DNA of 64,000 bases. Origin: Hypanus sabinus. Taxonomy: Eukaryota. Below are positions 26,364 to 40,000 of this stretch, piece after piece. The notes under the pieces were generated by a model. It was not told the origin of the DNA. It did no database searches and saw only the letters and a program-made list of their open reading frames with translations. The DNA is taken from NCBI RefSeq assembly GCF_030144855.1, contig NC_082712.1, positions 143,344,001-143,408,000 of the forward strand. The letters run 5' to 3'. The translations under genes were made by a program, and so were the position numbers. The stretch's first letter is position 1; every line of letters starts with the position of its first letter.

Positions 26364-27852
26364 TAGTACCTGTACAGAGTATTTACCCCCCTTGGAAATT
26401 TTCATGTTTTATTGTTTTACAACATTGAATCACAGTGGATTTAATTTAGCTTTTTTGACACTGATCAACAGAAGAAGACTTTCCTGTCAAAGTGCAGATC
26501 TCTAAAAGGTGACCTAAATTAATTACAAATATAAAACAATTATTATTGATTACACAAGTATTCACCCCCCTTTAATATGACACACCAAATCATCACTGGT
26601 GCAGCCAACTGGTTTAGAAGTCACATAATTAGTTTTAAGAGACCTGTGTGCAGTCAAGTTGTTTCAATTGATTGTAGTAAAAATACACCTGTATCTGGAA
26701 GTGTAACTACTGGTGATTCAGTAAGTTGGCCAAAACTACACCATGAAGATAACAAGAACACTCCAAGCAACTCTGCGAAAAATGTATTGAAAAGCACAAT
26801 ACAAGTCAGGAGATGGATACAAACAAATATAGAAGTCACTGAATATCCCTTGGAGGACAGTTAAGTCAATCATCAAGAACTGGAAAGAATATGGCACAGC
26901 TGTAAATCTGCCTAGAGCAGGCTGTCCTCAAAAACTGAGTGACCGTGCATAAAGGGGACTAGTGAGGGAGGCCACCAAGAGACCTATGATAACTCTGGAG
27001 GAGTTACAAGCTTCAGCGGCCGAGATGGGAGAGACTGCACATACAACGATTGTGACCCGGGTGCTTCACCAGTCGCAGCTTTATGAGAGAGTGGCAAAGA
27101 GAAAACCACTGTGGAAAAAAAACACATGAAATCTCAGCTAGTTTGCCAGAAAGCATGTGGGAGACTCTGAAGTCAGCTGGAAAAAGGTTCTATGCTCTGA
27201 TGAAACCAAAATTGAGCTTTTTGGCCAACAGACTAAACACTAAGTTCAGCGTAAGGCAAACACCGCACATCATCAAAAACACACCATCCCTACCATGAAG
27301 CATGGTGGTGGCTGCATCACGCTGTGGGGATGCTTCACTGCAGCAGGCCCTGAAAGGCTTGTGAAGGTAGAGGTTAAAATGAATGCAGCAAATACAGGGA
27401 AATAATGGAAGAAAACCTGATGCAGTCTGCAAGGGAACTGCGACTTGGGAGAGTTGTTTTCCAGCAAGACAGTGACCTCAAGCACAAAACCAAAGCTACA
27501 CAGGAATGGCTTAAAAACAACAAAGTTAATTTCCTGAAGTGGCCAAGTCAGAGTCCAGCCCTCAATCCAAATGAAATTTCTGGCTGTTCACTCACGATCC
27601 CCATGCAATCTGACAGAGCCTAAGCAGTTTTGTAAGGAAGAATTGGGGGGAAAATTGCAGTGTACAGATGTGGAAAGCTGATAGAGATCTATCCACACAG
27701 ACTCAAGGCTGTAATTGCTACCAAAGGTGTATCTACTAAATACCAACTGGAAGGAGGTGAATACTTCTGCAATCAGTTATTTTGTGTTTGATAATTGTAA
27801 TTAATTTAGATCACTTTGTAGAAACTTGTTTTCACTTAGATACAAAAGAGTC
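26364..27852 (+). mobile_element. Tc1 transposon with inactivated transposase and truncated right TIR
   Basis: [40 protein letters not shown]; long TIR with internal AGTATTCACCCC direct repeats; stops and frameshifts. Confidence 0.92.
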
Positions 27853-27943
27853 ACAAAGCTGCCAAATGCATAGATTGAACCTGCTTAATTTCCTTATAAA
27901 ATGGTGAAACCTGTCTCCTTTGATGCATTTTTGTCTCTTGTTC

Positions 27944-28021
27944 CTAGATCAGCTTTTCTGCTTCACTGAACTTTTCCGCCACCATTTTATTGTGTTGCTC
28001 CACTCGTTTCCTTCTTGCTTC
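27944..28021 (-). CDS. C11orf16: C11orf16 homolog last predicted coding exon
   Basis: cttcgtgttttag|EARRKRVEQHNKMVAEKFSEAEKLI-TAG; phase 0. Confidence 0.65.
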   Translation of the reverse strand, partial: EARRKRVEQHNKMVAEKFSEAEKLI

Positions 28022-31000
28022 CTAAAACACGAAGAATGAGAAGGTTTATTAAAAAAAATACACACACACACACATACACACACACTTGTTTTTTTCTTGG
28101 AAAATTAATGCTAATCGTTCACCAGCCAGATAAAAACATTTGGCTGAATAATGTTATGCCAAATCAATTGATCTTTTTCCCAGGGAAGCAACGGCCAATA
28201 TCAGAGGACATGCGTTTAAAGTGACCGAAGGAAAGTGTACAGGGTACGGTATGTCAGAGGAAGTTTTTTTTGTAATATACACAGAGAGTGATGAATGCCT
28301 GGAACATACTGCCAGCGCAGGGGTGGCACAAGCTGATAGGATAAGGACATGCAGGAGACTCCTAGGTAGGCACATGGATGTAAGAAAAATGCAGGGTTAT
28401 GACCTGTATTAGGGGGAAGGGTTAGTTTGATTATGGAGTACATTTCTCAGGTCGGCTGAACACCCGGGATCTGTAGGAAAGGCCTATACTGTGCTGGTCT
28501 GTGTTCTATACTCTAGAAGTGCTATACAATAACCATCTTTAACGAGAGAGGGTCTCATCACTATTCCTCGACATTCAATGGCAACACCATCAGCAATGAC
28601 TCAATGGGACCAGTCACATAAATGCTGTTTTCAGGATGCAGGTTAGAGGCTGGGTATTGTGTGGTCAGTGGCTCTCCCCGATACTCTGAATCCTTTCCAC
28701 CATCTATAAGGCACATCAGGAGTATAATGAACTGCACCCGATGAGTACAGCTGTGACAGATGTCTAGAAGCTTAACATCAGCCAGGACAAAGCGGTCTCT
28801 CTATCACCAGTGCACAGTGATTCCAGTGTGGACCATCTACAGAATACAGTGCAATTATTTACCCATTCCTCTTTATAATACCTGCAGCTGGATCTCTTTT
28901 ATTTCATCTGCTTTCATTTTCTCGGCCTCCATCATATCCTTCCTTGCAGTCACCTGCTGAAGGTGGGCCAACCTGCGGGCTTCTCTCTCCTTGTCCTCGG
29001 AAGCGATAGACTGGATCCTGGCTTGAGTCTGCTGCTGCAAATACTGCTTCGCTCTCTCCGTTTTCTCCAACTTCTGCTCTCTCTCTTCTACCTGTCTAAA
29101 ATTGTTCTGTAGACGGCGAACCACTTTCTCCCTAAAGGCAAAATACTAAATTGAATAAGTGATTCTTCTTAATAGCTGGGGGGGGAGGGAGAAGAATTAC
29201 AATTATTATTTCATTATTGGACGTAATGCCCTGGTTCATATTTTTACAGCTATGCTATTCTGTGCAAGCTGCTTGTATTCAGCTTATGTTTGGGTTATTG
29301 TTGAGGATAAGAGAGAGGAGAATTGTGTGCTATCCGATTAGGATGGTCAAATTAAGGGGAGGTTTCTGCGATGAGGGACACTAAGGTTGGGCTTGGGGCT
29401 TTGTGTGACAGAGAGACGAAGAGGGAAGATGCCAGAGATAAGAGGTTGTAGGATTCGACCCGGGCCAGGACTGTGATTTGAAGAAGCCCGGGGTGAGATC
29501 AATGGAGAATTGGTGACGGAGAAACCATGAGCTCCAAGTTATGCATATTAGACTGTTTCATTAAAATGGACCCTTTTCTTTTTTTTGTTCTTTCTTTACT
29601 AACCCTTTAGTCAAATTAAGAATTATAAAGCTATATCTTTTAATTGTATGCAGCGTACTGTCTTTTAATTCGTGGCACTCATTTGTAACAGGGTAATGAA
29701 TTACACACCGTCCGCACGAAGAGGGATTTTGGGGTGGGCTTGTGCCTCAATCTCACAGGTTTGGCGGGGCCAGAGTTTCTCCTCCCTAGACTTACACAGC
29801 TGAAGAAACCAGAGTGGTTCATGTACGACTGCACAAAATTTCTGTTCTAACAGGATGCATAACTAACCAACATCTATAGAGGAAAGGTTCAATGTGTAAC
29901 AAAGTGGCTGATAGTTAGCCTGAGGGAACGTGGAATGCAGTTCAGTCCTGAGTAAAGACATGAAATTCTTATCCTGCTGACTAGAAGGATTTTGCCTGAA
30001 GTGAATCTGAACTAATTTCCAAGGGGCACAAATGTATTAGATTTTTACAGGATATACCCACTGCTGATTCCAGGGTACCAGGGTTTTAAAACAGATTGAT
30101 TCTTTGTGACATTGACCATAATAAACCAGCTGAATAATAACTAGAAGACAGGGAATAATTACATTTAAATTGGTTATCTTATATCAATGAAGCATGTCTT
30201 CTGAGAAGCTTTACACCCCTAAGACCATAAGCCCATAAAATCCAGGAGCAGAATTAGACCATTTGGCCCATCGAGTCTGCTCTGCCACCTCACCATGGCT
30301 GTTCTAATTTTCCTCTCAGCTCCAATCTCCTGCCTTCTCCCCGTATCCCTTCATGCCCTGACCAATCAAGAATCTATCAAACTCTGCCTTAAACGTACAT
30401 AAAGACTTGGCCTCCACAGCTGCCTGTGGCAAAGAATTCCATAGAATTTCTACTCTCTGCCTAATTTACACCCGACAGTCACCTTGTTAGGCAGACCAAG
30501 AATCTTACAGGTCTTCTTAGGGAACAAGAATAATTCATTTGCACTCCTGTATTGCAGGTTTGGGTGTGGCCAGTGAGGCTACTGAGGGAACTCAGACTGT
30601 CCCACAGATGGAGCAGGTGGTAGCCAATGAGGCAGATGGTGACCTGCTCCTTTTGTTTTCACACAGAGCCTCCATGTACTCCTGATGCTTGAAAGCCATT
30701 CCCCTATGGCTTATCAACTTCGAGTGGTTTTGGACCAGAAATCCCCAGGAGTCAATGGGGATATGCATTTTTTCCCCTCTATGTGTGTGGTAATCAATTC
30801 CCAAGTCTGTTTTGGGACACTGGAAGAGGGCATGTGTACAGCATTGCCTGTCCAACAAAGCCAACTAAAATTAACATAGCCTGTGAATCCCTTCATATGT
30901 GCCAATTATGGTAGGCTAGGGAAACCCATAGTTGTGGACACCACACCTCCTCCTGGCTGGGAGTTGAGGAAGTGTCTAAGATAAGCTGCCCTTGTGGGAT

Positions 31001-34000
31001 TATTGAGTGCTTCAACATTGATCTTCTATCATCAACATTTTGCTCGTTGGGGTCAAGGGTGCAGAAAACAGAACAGAGTCGGTGGTAGTCAGTCTGTCAG
31101 TCATCAGCGACAGTCAGAGTGCAGTTGATACAAACATTATTGCAATCCCTCACTCGGATTATCACTATGAGATGACTGTGCTTGGACTGAGAATATTGAT
31201 TAGGCCTCCCCATGTACTGAAACAAACTATACAATATGAGGACTCCATTGAAGTTGTTTCACCCTATTCCTTCCTTGCCAGATGGTGGTATCCCTTCCAA
31301 CTCTAATACTGAAGGCACCCAGTAGGGTCAGTTCGTCACTCTTTGGAACATGAACCAGGGCATTTTCAAGGTCAAAGTAGAAGCCCTACTGGCTTCATCA
31401 GAAATTACAGCATTGGGTGTATTCACTGATGACCATAGCACATAGGTTCCATGTTAAAGTGAACTAAAGGGTCATGATATGTTAACCAAAGCTGAGAGAC
31501 TGCATTAGTACATTTCCAGTGGTGAAGCTCTCTGTGCAAGGACAGTAATCATGCTCCAGTCTGTCCATCTGGAGAAAAAGTGTGCCACTGCCTTGTTCTT
31601 TAAAATGACCAAATTCTGCCCAATGTGTCTCTCTCAGTGTGGTGATATTGAGGTCAATCCATCCGAGCTCCCACTGGACAGCAGCATTACAGCCTGCTGC
31701 TGTTCACATTATTCATGACAATCCTGACATTTCCAGTCCTGAACATCATATTTATGGTGCAGAAGTTAGCAGTGTGTGGTTTCCTTTAGCATGGAGTAGT
31801 CCTGGTATACCTGCTGAGGTTCTTCGAGCAAAGTCCAGATCGAGTGGCAAGGACACTAACACAGCTGAAGACCACAGGTGGACCTACAAACAAAGATGGA
31901 CTCACCCAGATGCCACATGGCATCTTCAGGTAGGCAAGCACTTGTGGGCTCAGGCACAGAAATTCTTGTCAACTGCCTCACTTCCCATTTACCATCTTCT
32001 GAGCCTGGTGATGTACCAGGCACCAGTCCTGGACCACCACATCTATAATCACCAGCTCTTGCGCACACCCTACCCATATTACCAATACGCCACACCAAGT
32101 CGCCATCTTGTCCACATTCCTGAACCTCCATTCTGGCTGCACACCCACCCACGATCCAAAACATTTAGATCCAAGTACAAACCAGAATAAAGATATTGGG
32201 TTGAAGCGTGCTCACCTTCATAAATCAGACTGGGTCAGAAGAGCTGTATTCCCTCCTATAACAACCAAACCACTTCAAAATTGATTTCACAGACCGCCAC
32301 AAAGGGATGAGAAAATGTTCAATTTATAACTTAGGGCTCTGACCAGTATACAGTACCTTAAAACATTGCAAATGGAAAAAAATGCATTGAATTGGTAGAA
32401 TGTACAAATCCCCACATAATCTCACAACAGATCTGTAACTGTTATTGTTTCATTTTCCTCTTCAATGATACTTCAATAAGGTGAAATATCACACGTAGTA
32501 GCACCACAAACAGATTAGTTCCAGGCTGGCTCTGCACTTATATTCTAGTCATTCTGTAGTCTCGTTGTGAGCTGAAGTGACATGAGCTTTGCTTAAATGG
32601 AAAGTGGTTTGTTGTTAATCAAAGTTTGGTTTCACAGTGGAAATCAATTACATCTAGCTCAACATGTCAACAACATGGAAACGTGTTATACTCCTAATAT
32701 TTCCCCATAATTCATTCCAGTAAGTAGCAGAAAGTAATCATATCCAATGTTAGATGTCAACTACAATATAAGAACACAGCTTCAGCACATATTCATTCCC
32801 AAGTGGTTCAGAAATCTTGGATTATCAAATGGCCTTTCTTTAAACTTAATTGTCATTATTTTCCTGTTTCTAATTGATTTCAATGTTGCAATAGCTAACG
32901 TCTTTTGTACTCCTGAACTTTGAGACACTGGTATACCTGCGATTTTCCTGGATGCTTTGATACTTGTCCTGACATTGCTGTTCTCGGTCTTTCTCCCACT
33001 GACGTCGTTGCAATTTTTTCTTTCTTGATCTCTGTATAGCCTCCTGATGTTGACAGTCAAGTGACAACTGGTTCTCTCCCAAACGCTCTTGAATGGGTGC
33101 ACCCTGCAGCTGGTCATTGAAGCCAAAGGCAAAATCATACTTTATTTTAAAAAGGTGCTTACTTTTCTGTTTCATAACTGGTGAAATTAATACTGTTTGT
33201 TCTTGTATTTAAGGTTGCGAAATGAAGAAAGAAGCTCTGAAGAGCTGAACACTGACAGTTTATTAAAGTGTTCTCTTCATAACTAGACCTTCACTCAAAT
33301 ATGTAACACTGATGGGATTATTACTGGCTTGAGAATGCTTTTGGAACTAGTTTTGAATCATTGACTCTAATCCTCAGAGCACGCAAGTGTACAACAAATC
33401 AAGAACGGTCAAAGTGCAGATGATATGGTAATTTGAAGTGTCACACTTGTCTCTCCTGAAAGCAGATTTAACATTCTTAGAGCATTAGTATGAGTCCTAT
33501 CTATTGAAGCAAACTGATGTAAGGTGGCATTAGCTGAGTCTCAGCCTCAGGTGGTTAGCCAGCCTACATAAGTATTTCATGGTAAACTAGGGAAACGTGT
33601 AGGTGAAGAAAATCAAATAAAAATATGAAGTACTGAACATTGTCCTGTAGATTAGAACTGAATGAAACAACTTGTTTGAAACTGTAAAAAATGTGAGCAT
33701 AAAGCAAATATATGAAATTTTGTGAATACCATCAGTCAATTTGGTAGCATACCCCAGTGGGTGATGTGGTGTGATGCTTTTGTTGTGTCAAGATGTCTTT
33801 CATTGTGACTCTGTTCAGAGGATATGCATGGTCAACACTTTTAAACATTGCGCTGCAGTTTGTTGGTCGAGGGTTCTGAGGCTGCATGGAAGATTTTAGC
33901 TGACCACAGTCAGAGGCACTTCTCAATGGACTTGAAGGCAAAGTTCCTGCAAAAAGAAGAACACTGTTGGACAGTATAGTAGTAAACAGCTAATTCTGTC

Positions 34001-37000
34001 TTCAGCTGGAGTTTTGGAAGAATAAATCCCTCTTCAGATTAGTTTATCGTCATATACATCAAAATGCAATGAAATTCCTTGCAGACATTTTTTAACAATT
34101 GAAAGTAAATTACATTTAAAAACATCTGAAAATATAATCCATGATTAAGTTATATTTTAAATACTTGCAGTTATATTTAGAGTCTAGTAATGACTGTTAT
34201 GTATTTACCAAATAAAGCAGTATTTTACACCAGTAACCTTGCATGCATGGCATTGAAAAACAGAACCAGCCTTTTTGATCTTCGGTGGTCTTGGTCAGTT
34301 GACTGTGATCAGAACACCAAAGAACTCTATGCTTTTCTTCACAAAATCTAGATAGATAGATAGAGTATCTATCTGAATAAATCAGAATAAGGTTTATTGT
34401 TGCTGACACAAGTCATGAATTTGTTCTTTGTGGCAGCAGTACAGTGCAGGCATAACAATACAGTAGAACTCTCACAATCCAGAACCTCGGGACATTGTGA
34501 GACCAGATCAGATTTTCCAGATTATTAGATAATATCCTTATTAATACTCCATTGAATTCTCAAATCTGTTTTTAATATGGGACTATAGTTAATTTTCCAG
34601 TGAACTCAGTGAATTTAGAAAATGGGGCCCAGTGTATTAACAAGAACACCAACAACAGAGCCAGGGCCCTTGTGTAATTAAAAGTGTTACGTACCCAGTA
34701 ACTGGGTCACTTACCAGCAAAGACAGAGAGGTCCATTGAAGTCTGATGGTACTATTTTTAACAGTATTTATTGATAAAAATACACAAAAATAATATCAAT
34801 GCAAACATACAGATAATACACGTCGTCAATACTAAATCTAAAAGCGTGGGTATAACAACAATCAATAAGAAATAGCTCTATCGTTGTCTAGGGGATAATG
34901 TATTGTCCGATGGAAATATAAAAGTCACTCAAGTTCATTCAAGCTGCAGCTTTTGGTTGGAGTCAAGAGAGGGAGTTTTAAAACTTGCCCATTCCTTTTA
35001 TGATGTCAATCCTTCGAGAGTCGTTGGGGCTGATTTCTCCTTTGTGTTAGCTAAAGCCATTCTTCCATGGTAAGACCCACCAATTCCGAGGCAAATGGAA
35101 CAGGACGCACGTGGGCTTTTCCACTGGCTTTCGCTATTACGCTGTTACAGGAGTTCTAGCATTTCTTCTGGTGCGTCTAAAGGGGCTGTTCCCCAGACCC
35201 TCTTTTATCCCCACTCACAGGGTCTCAGATGTCACTCAGGGTGGAATGATGCCATCCCCCAACCAGCCCACGTTGCCTGAGGGCTTCCACGAAGTACAGT
35301 ACTCAATACACAATTCCGTCTCCAAGAGACAATGACCTGTTCCGTGGCTTTGTATCGTTGGGGCCAGGACATTCCAAACGTCTCTCTCTCATTTCCTGGG
35401 TCTCCTGCCCTGACTTAATAGCGATTCTCAAAAAGGGGGGGGGGGGTGCACAGGCGTAACAAAAGGAACATGGAAAATGGGCCCTCATGAGTTTAACAAA
35501 AAAGTGGAGCCCGAAGTGTTTAATAGGATTGTGAGAAATGCAATGCTGGTGTGTTTAAAAGGAGCACTGGAACCAACCAACTAATTTTAGAGATTGCTGA
35601 AGCAGTGTTCTGGTGACCTGAAAGGGAACATGAGGCACAGGGCCCAGTACCCAGGCAACCACGTGTTAAAGCACTGAGATTGCAAGCAACTGGGTACTGA
35701 ATGAGTAGAACTTTACTGCAGGTGGGTCCACAGTCCATACATAGTTGAAGGCCATGAATTAACCAATGTTCTCTCATTGGAGAGCAGGAATGTGAGGCGC
35801 AGTGACACACACAAAATGCTGGAGGAGTTCAACCTGCCAGGCAGCATCGATGGAAAAGCCCCCAAAGGTGCAGTGATTTCATTCTTTTTTAAAATCAGTA
35901 ATGCACTAGTTAAGGTCTCACAATTCAAGTAAGTATGTAATTGTATCTCCGTTTATGTAAAGCTGTACAGTATATGGTAAAATGGACTTGTTTCCACTCA
36001 ACTCAGTTGACTTCAGAACTAGGCATTTGGATGCAGATCAGTTTCAATCTCAATTATTTGCTACTTCACCCTGTCGTTATCTTATAAGCTCACAGGAATC
36101 AATTTGAAAGCCAATATAAAATCAGAATTTAATATCAAAATAATGGGAAAATGTTTTGTTTTAAATAGGGACTGATCAATTGTTACCTTTGGTCTAACTC
36201 AGCTGCACTGTTACCTGTACTCATTATTAATTCTTTACGTGTAGTGCCATTCAAAATAGACCAGTCAATTAACCACAATATTTGTTCTATGGACTACACC
36301 TCTTCCCACCCCGTCTCCTGTAACAATGCTATTCCCGTTTCTCAGTTCCTTTACCTCCACCACATCCTTGCCCAGGATACAGCTTTCCTTTCCAGGACCT
36401 CAGAGATATCCTCCTTCTTCAAAGAACGAGTTTTCCCTTCCTCTTCCATTGATGATGCCCTCACCTGCAACTCCTCCATTTCCCAGACAACTGTACTCAC
36501 CCCATCTTCCCGCTGCATTAACAATGATAGAGTTCCTCTTGTTCTTACCCACCACACTCGGTGAGCCTCCACATCCACCACAACAACCTCTGCAACTTCC
36601 ACCTTCTCCGAAGGGATCCTACCACCAAACATATCTTCACCCCTCCCCCTTTCTGCTTTCTGCAGGGATCGTTCCCTCCATGATTCCCTTTTCCATTTGT
36701 CCCTTCCCACTAATCTCTCTCCAGGTACTTATTCCTGCAGGTGGCTGAAGTCCTACACCTGCCCATACATCTCCCTTATTTCCATTCAAGGCCCCAAACA
36801 CTTCATCAGGAGATCTGTTCTGTCCAGTGCTCCCGATGTGGTCTCCTCTACATTGATGAAACCTGTTGGCAGGTAGGGGGCTGCTTCATCAAGCACCTCC
36901 ACTCCACCCACCAGAAGTGGAAATTCCTGGTGGCTGAACATTTTAATTTCCATTCCCATTCCAACATGTCGGTCCATGGCCTCCTCTTGTGCCACGATGA

Positions 37001-40000
37001 GGCCACCCTCAGGGTGGAGGAGCAACACCTTATACTTCATCTGGGTAGCCTCCAATCTGGTGGCATGAACATTGATTTCTCCTTCTGGTAAGAAAAAAGT
37101 TTCCATTCCCCTTCTCTCTTCTTCCATTTCCCAGTCTGGCCTCTTACTTCTTCTCACCCACCTATTTTTTCCCACTGGGTCCCCTCCTCCTTCCCTTTTC
37201 CTATGGTTCACTTTACTCTCCTTCCTCTACAGCCCTTTACCTTCCCCACCCACCAGGTTTCACATATCACCTTCAAGCAATCCTCTTTCCCTTCCCTCCA
37301 CTTTTTTATTCTGGCATCTTCCCCCTTCCTTTCCAGTCCTGAAGAAGGGTCTCAGCCTGAAATATCAACTGTACTCTTTTCCATGAATGCTGCCTGGCCT
37401 GCTGTGTCCCTCCAGTATTTTGTATGTGTTACTTTGGATTTCCAGCATCTGCCGAATTTATCGTGTTTACATTTGTTCCCTGAAAAACTCCTCTTCACAT
37501 TTCTCAAGATACAACTAGGTAATTCAGAAGTAGAACATAAGTGAATCATGAGAAATGCAGGAGTTTCCTAGTGCTCAATGAATGAGTTTAATGTCATGGA
37601 TTGTAAATAAAGCAATGCTGAATGCAGGCTGGAGGATAAAACATAGAATAAAATTTTCTTTCTACAGGAAATAATATATAAATATTATATTTTTGGACTT
37701 GTTCGGATAAGTGGAGCTTTCACCAACTACCTCGCATCAAGAATGTTTTAATGATTTGTAAATTAGCTCCTTAAAAAGCAGAACAAATACACAAGGGCCA
37801 CATTTAATTACAAAGGACATCACACGTATTTTTGAGAAGAGCAGGCACATTACTGTAAGCATCAACATGCCAAAACACAATGACTGCCTTGGGATTTCTT
37901 ATTGTCAGCAGCTATGTAGTTGCATTAGGAGATTAAATAAAGGGAAATCCTGTAGCTATGCAAAATATGTGTGATCTGTTAAAAAGAATGTGTCTGCATG
38001 TATATTATTTTATTCTATCACCACCTTCATGACACTTCTTTATGTAACAAATGAACACTGCACTATCATTTTAGTTGTTCAAGATTGACTCTTTAATGGG
38101 AACACCAACAAGCAAACTTAAAACACTGCATCACACACAAAATGTTGGAGGAACTCAGCAGGCCAGGCAGCATTTCTGAAAGAGTAAACAGTTGATGAAG
38201 GGTCTTGGCCCAAAATGTCGACTGTTTACTCTTTTGCATTGACGTTGCCTGACCTGCTGAGTTCCTTCCGCATTTTGTGTGTGTTGCTTTGGATTTCCAG
38301 CATCTGCAGATTTCCTCATGTTTGTAAGACACTGCATGTTAGATAAAACAATTTTACAACGACTACTTTCAAAAATAAATGAAAGGAGTCAAAGTAAAAG
38401 CAGTTTCAACAACATAAGTACTTAATCTGTTTCCTTCACCAAGTACATCACTGATTGGAACACTTCTACTGTTGTAATGTAACTGGTAATTGGTGAAAGG
38501 TTCACTTACCCGAACGAGTCCAAAAACACTCATGCCCCCAGACAAATGTAAGAAGGCCTTAACTGTACCTGGGTCTTTTTGATGTGGCCCTTGGTGACTT
38601 TGGCTCCAGTACTTCCATTCAGGCCTGTGTATTACTTGGATTTTTGTCTTCTTCAACAGAGAATCTGTATTCACTGCCCTATCTTGTAAAGTAGTTTTCC
38701 TAACAGTTGTCTCTGGGCAACTATCAGAATCTTCAGATGATGAAGAGGAAGAAAGTAAAGTCAGCAAGTTTTCATCAGAAGTTTTCTTGTTTGGAATATC
38801 TAATTCCTGAAGCTGCAAGGTAATCTTCTTGTCTAGTTCATCTTTATCAGAAGCTGTTGAGTTAGGACATTTTGCAGTTTCTGGCCACCATGCCGCAGGA
38901 GGGATCACTTCTGGGAAACAGTAACATGGATGGTGGACTGGCAAATAATGGAAGCCATGATAGAACCCATGCCAGTAACTCTTACATGGATCCAGGCCAG
39001 GGAAACCCAAACACCAGGACTGGGTGCACGGTGGTTCAAAGTGGCACTTGCAGGTTGATTCGATTTGCAGCCTATGCAGACAAACATCACGGCAAGGAGC
39101 TAATTCATCATCCGCTAGCTGCTGCCTTGATAATAACGGAGTTAACAGCTCCTGTAAAACTCTTTCATACATAGCAGGTGGAATCCACATGGCTACGTTT
39201 TTGGAAACAGTGACAGCTTTTCCATTCCAGAACTTTACAGAGATTTCATCATCTTCCATTGCTGTTTAATAGATCAAGGAGAAGAACTTTACAGTTTGAA
39301 AGCTTTATTTTAACATAAAACATTATACCACTAGAAGAACAGCAAGTTAAGCCTTTCAATCTGGTTGTCAATTTTATCAGTTAACTTAAATGTGGCTGAA
39401 AACAAAACTGAAAACAAACAGGACAACATCATGGTTCCAGTTACCATGGGGGTTTCCCAACTATGAAATAACCGAATTTCAAATATCAGTCCGTGTACCA
39501 ATTAAATCACTAAATATACCTCTTCAGTGGCAAATACCTTTAATTATCATTTATAGGTAAAGAAAAAGAGCAAGACACAATAGTAACCAGTGAGGTTTAT
39601 TACTATAGAAGACAATTTGAATATATAATCGTTACACGACGGCCTTCCAAAGTGTATGTAATGCTGATTGCTTTAATACTTCATACAGTAACAGGAGTGG
39701 ACGTCCCTCAATGTTGGTGGTAGAAGCAGGGACCTGACCTCCTTGTGCTGTCTGTCAATGTTGAACTTGAACTATCTCTATACGACTACGGGTTTCTGCT
39801 GGGTGATCTGAGTTCCTCCCACGTGCAAAAGATGTTTCAGTTTATAGACTAAAAGCACAATGCATATTCCCCTGGAGAATGGGTGAGTGGCAGAATCTGG
39901 GGGGGGGGGCGCGTGGTGTTAGTTGATGTGGGAAGATTAGAATGGGATTAGTGAATAATTAGAGTAAAGTTGATATTTAATGGACAGCACATGCTCTTTG

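Noticed and set aside
31639-32190. 183-aa plus-strand ORF
   Set aside because: Antisense to a decayed RTE endonuclease and 5' region, with a non-ATG start and no splice support.
33163-33177. Possible acceptor or 15-nt micro-exon upstream of C11orf16 exon 8
   Set aside because: Phase does not match exon 7, and the following intron would be only about 53 nt.
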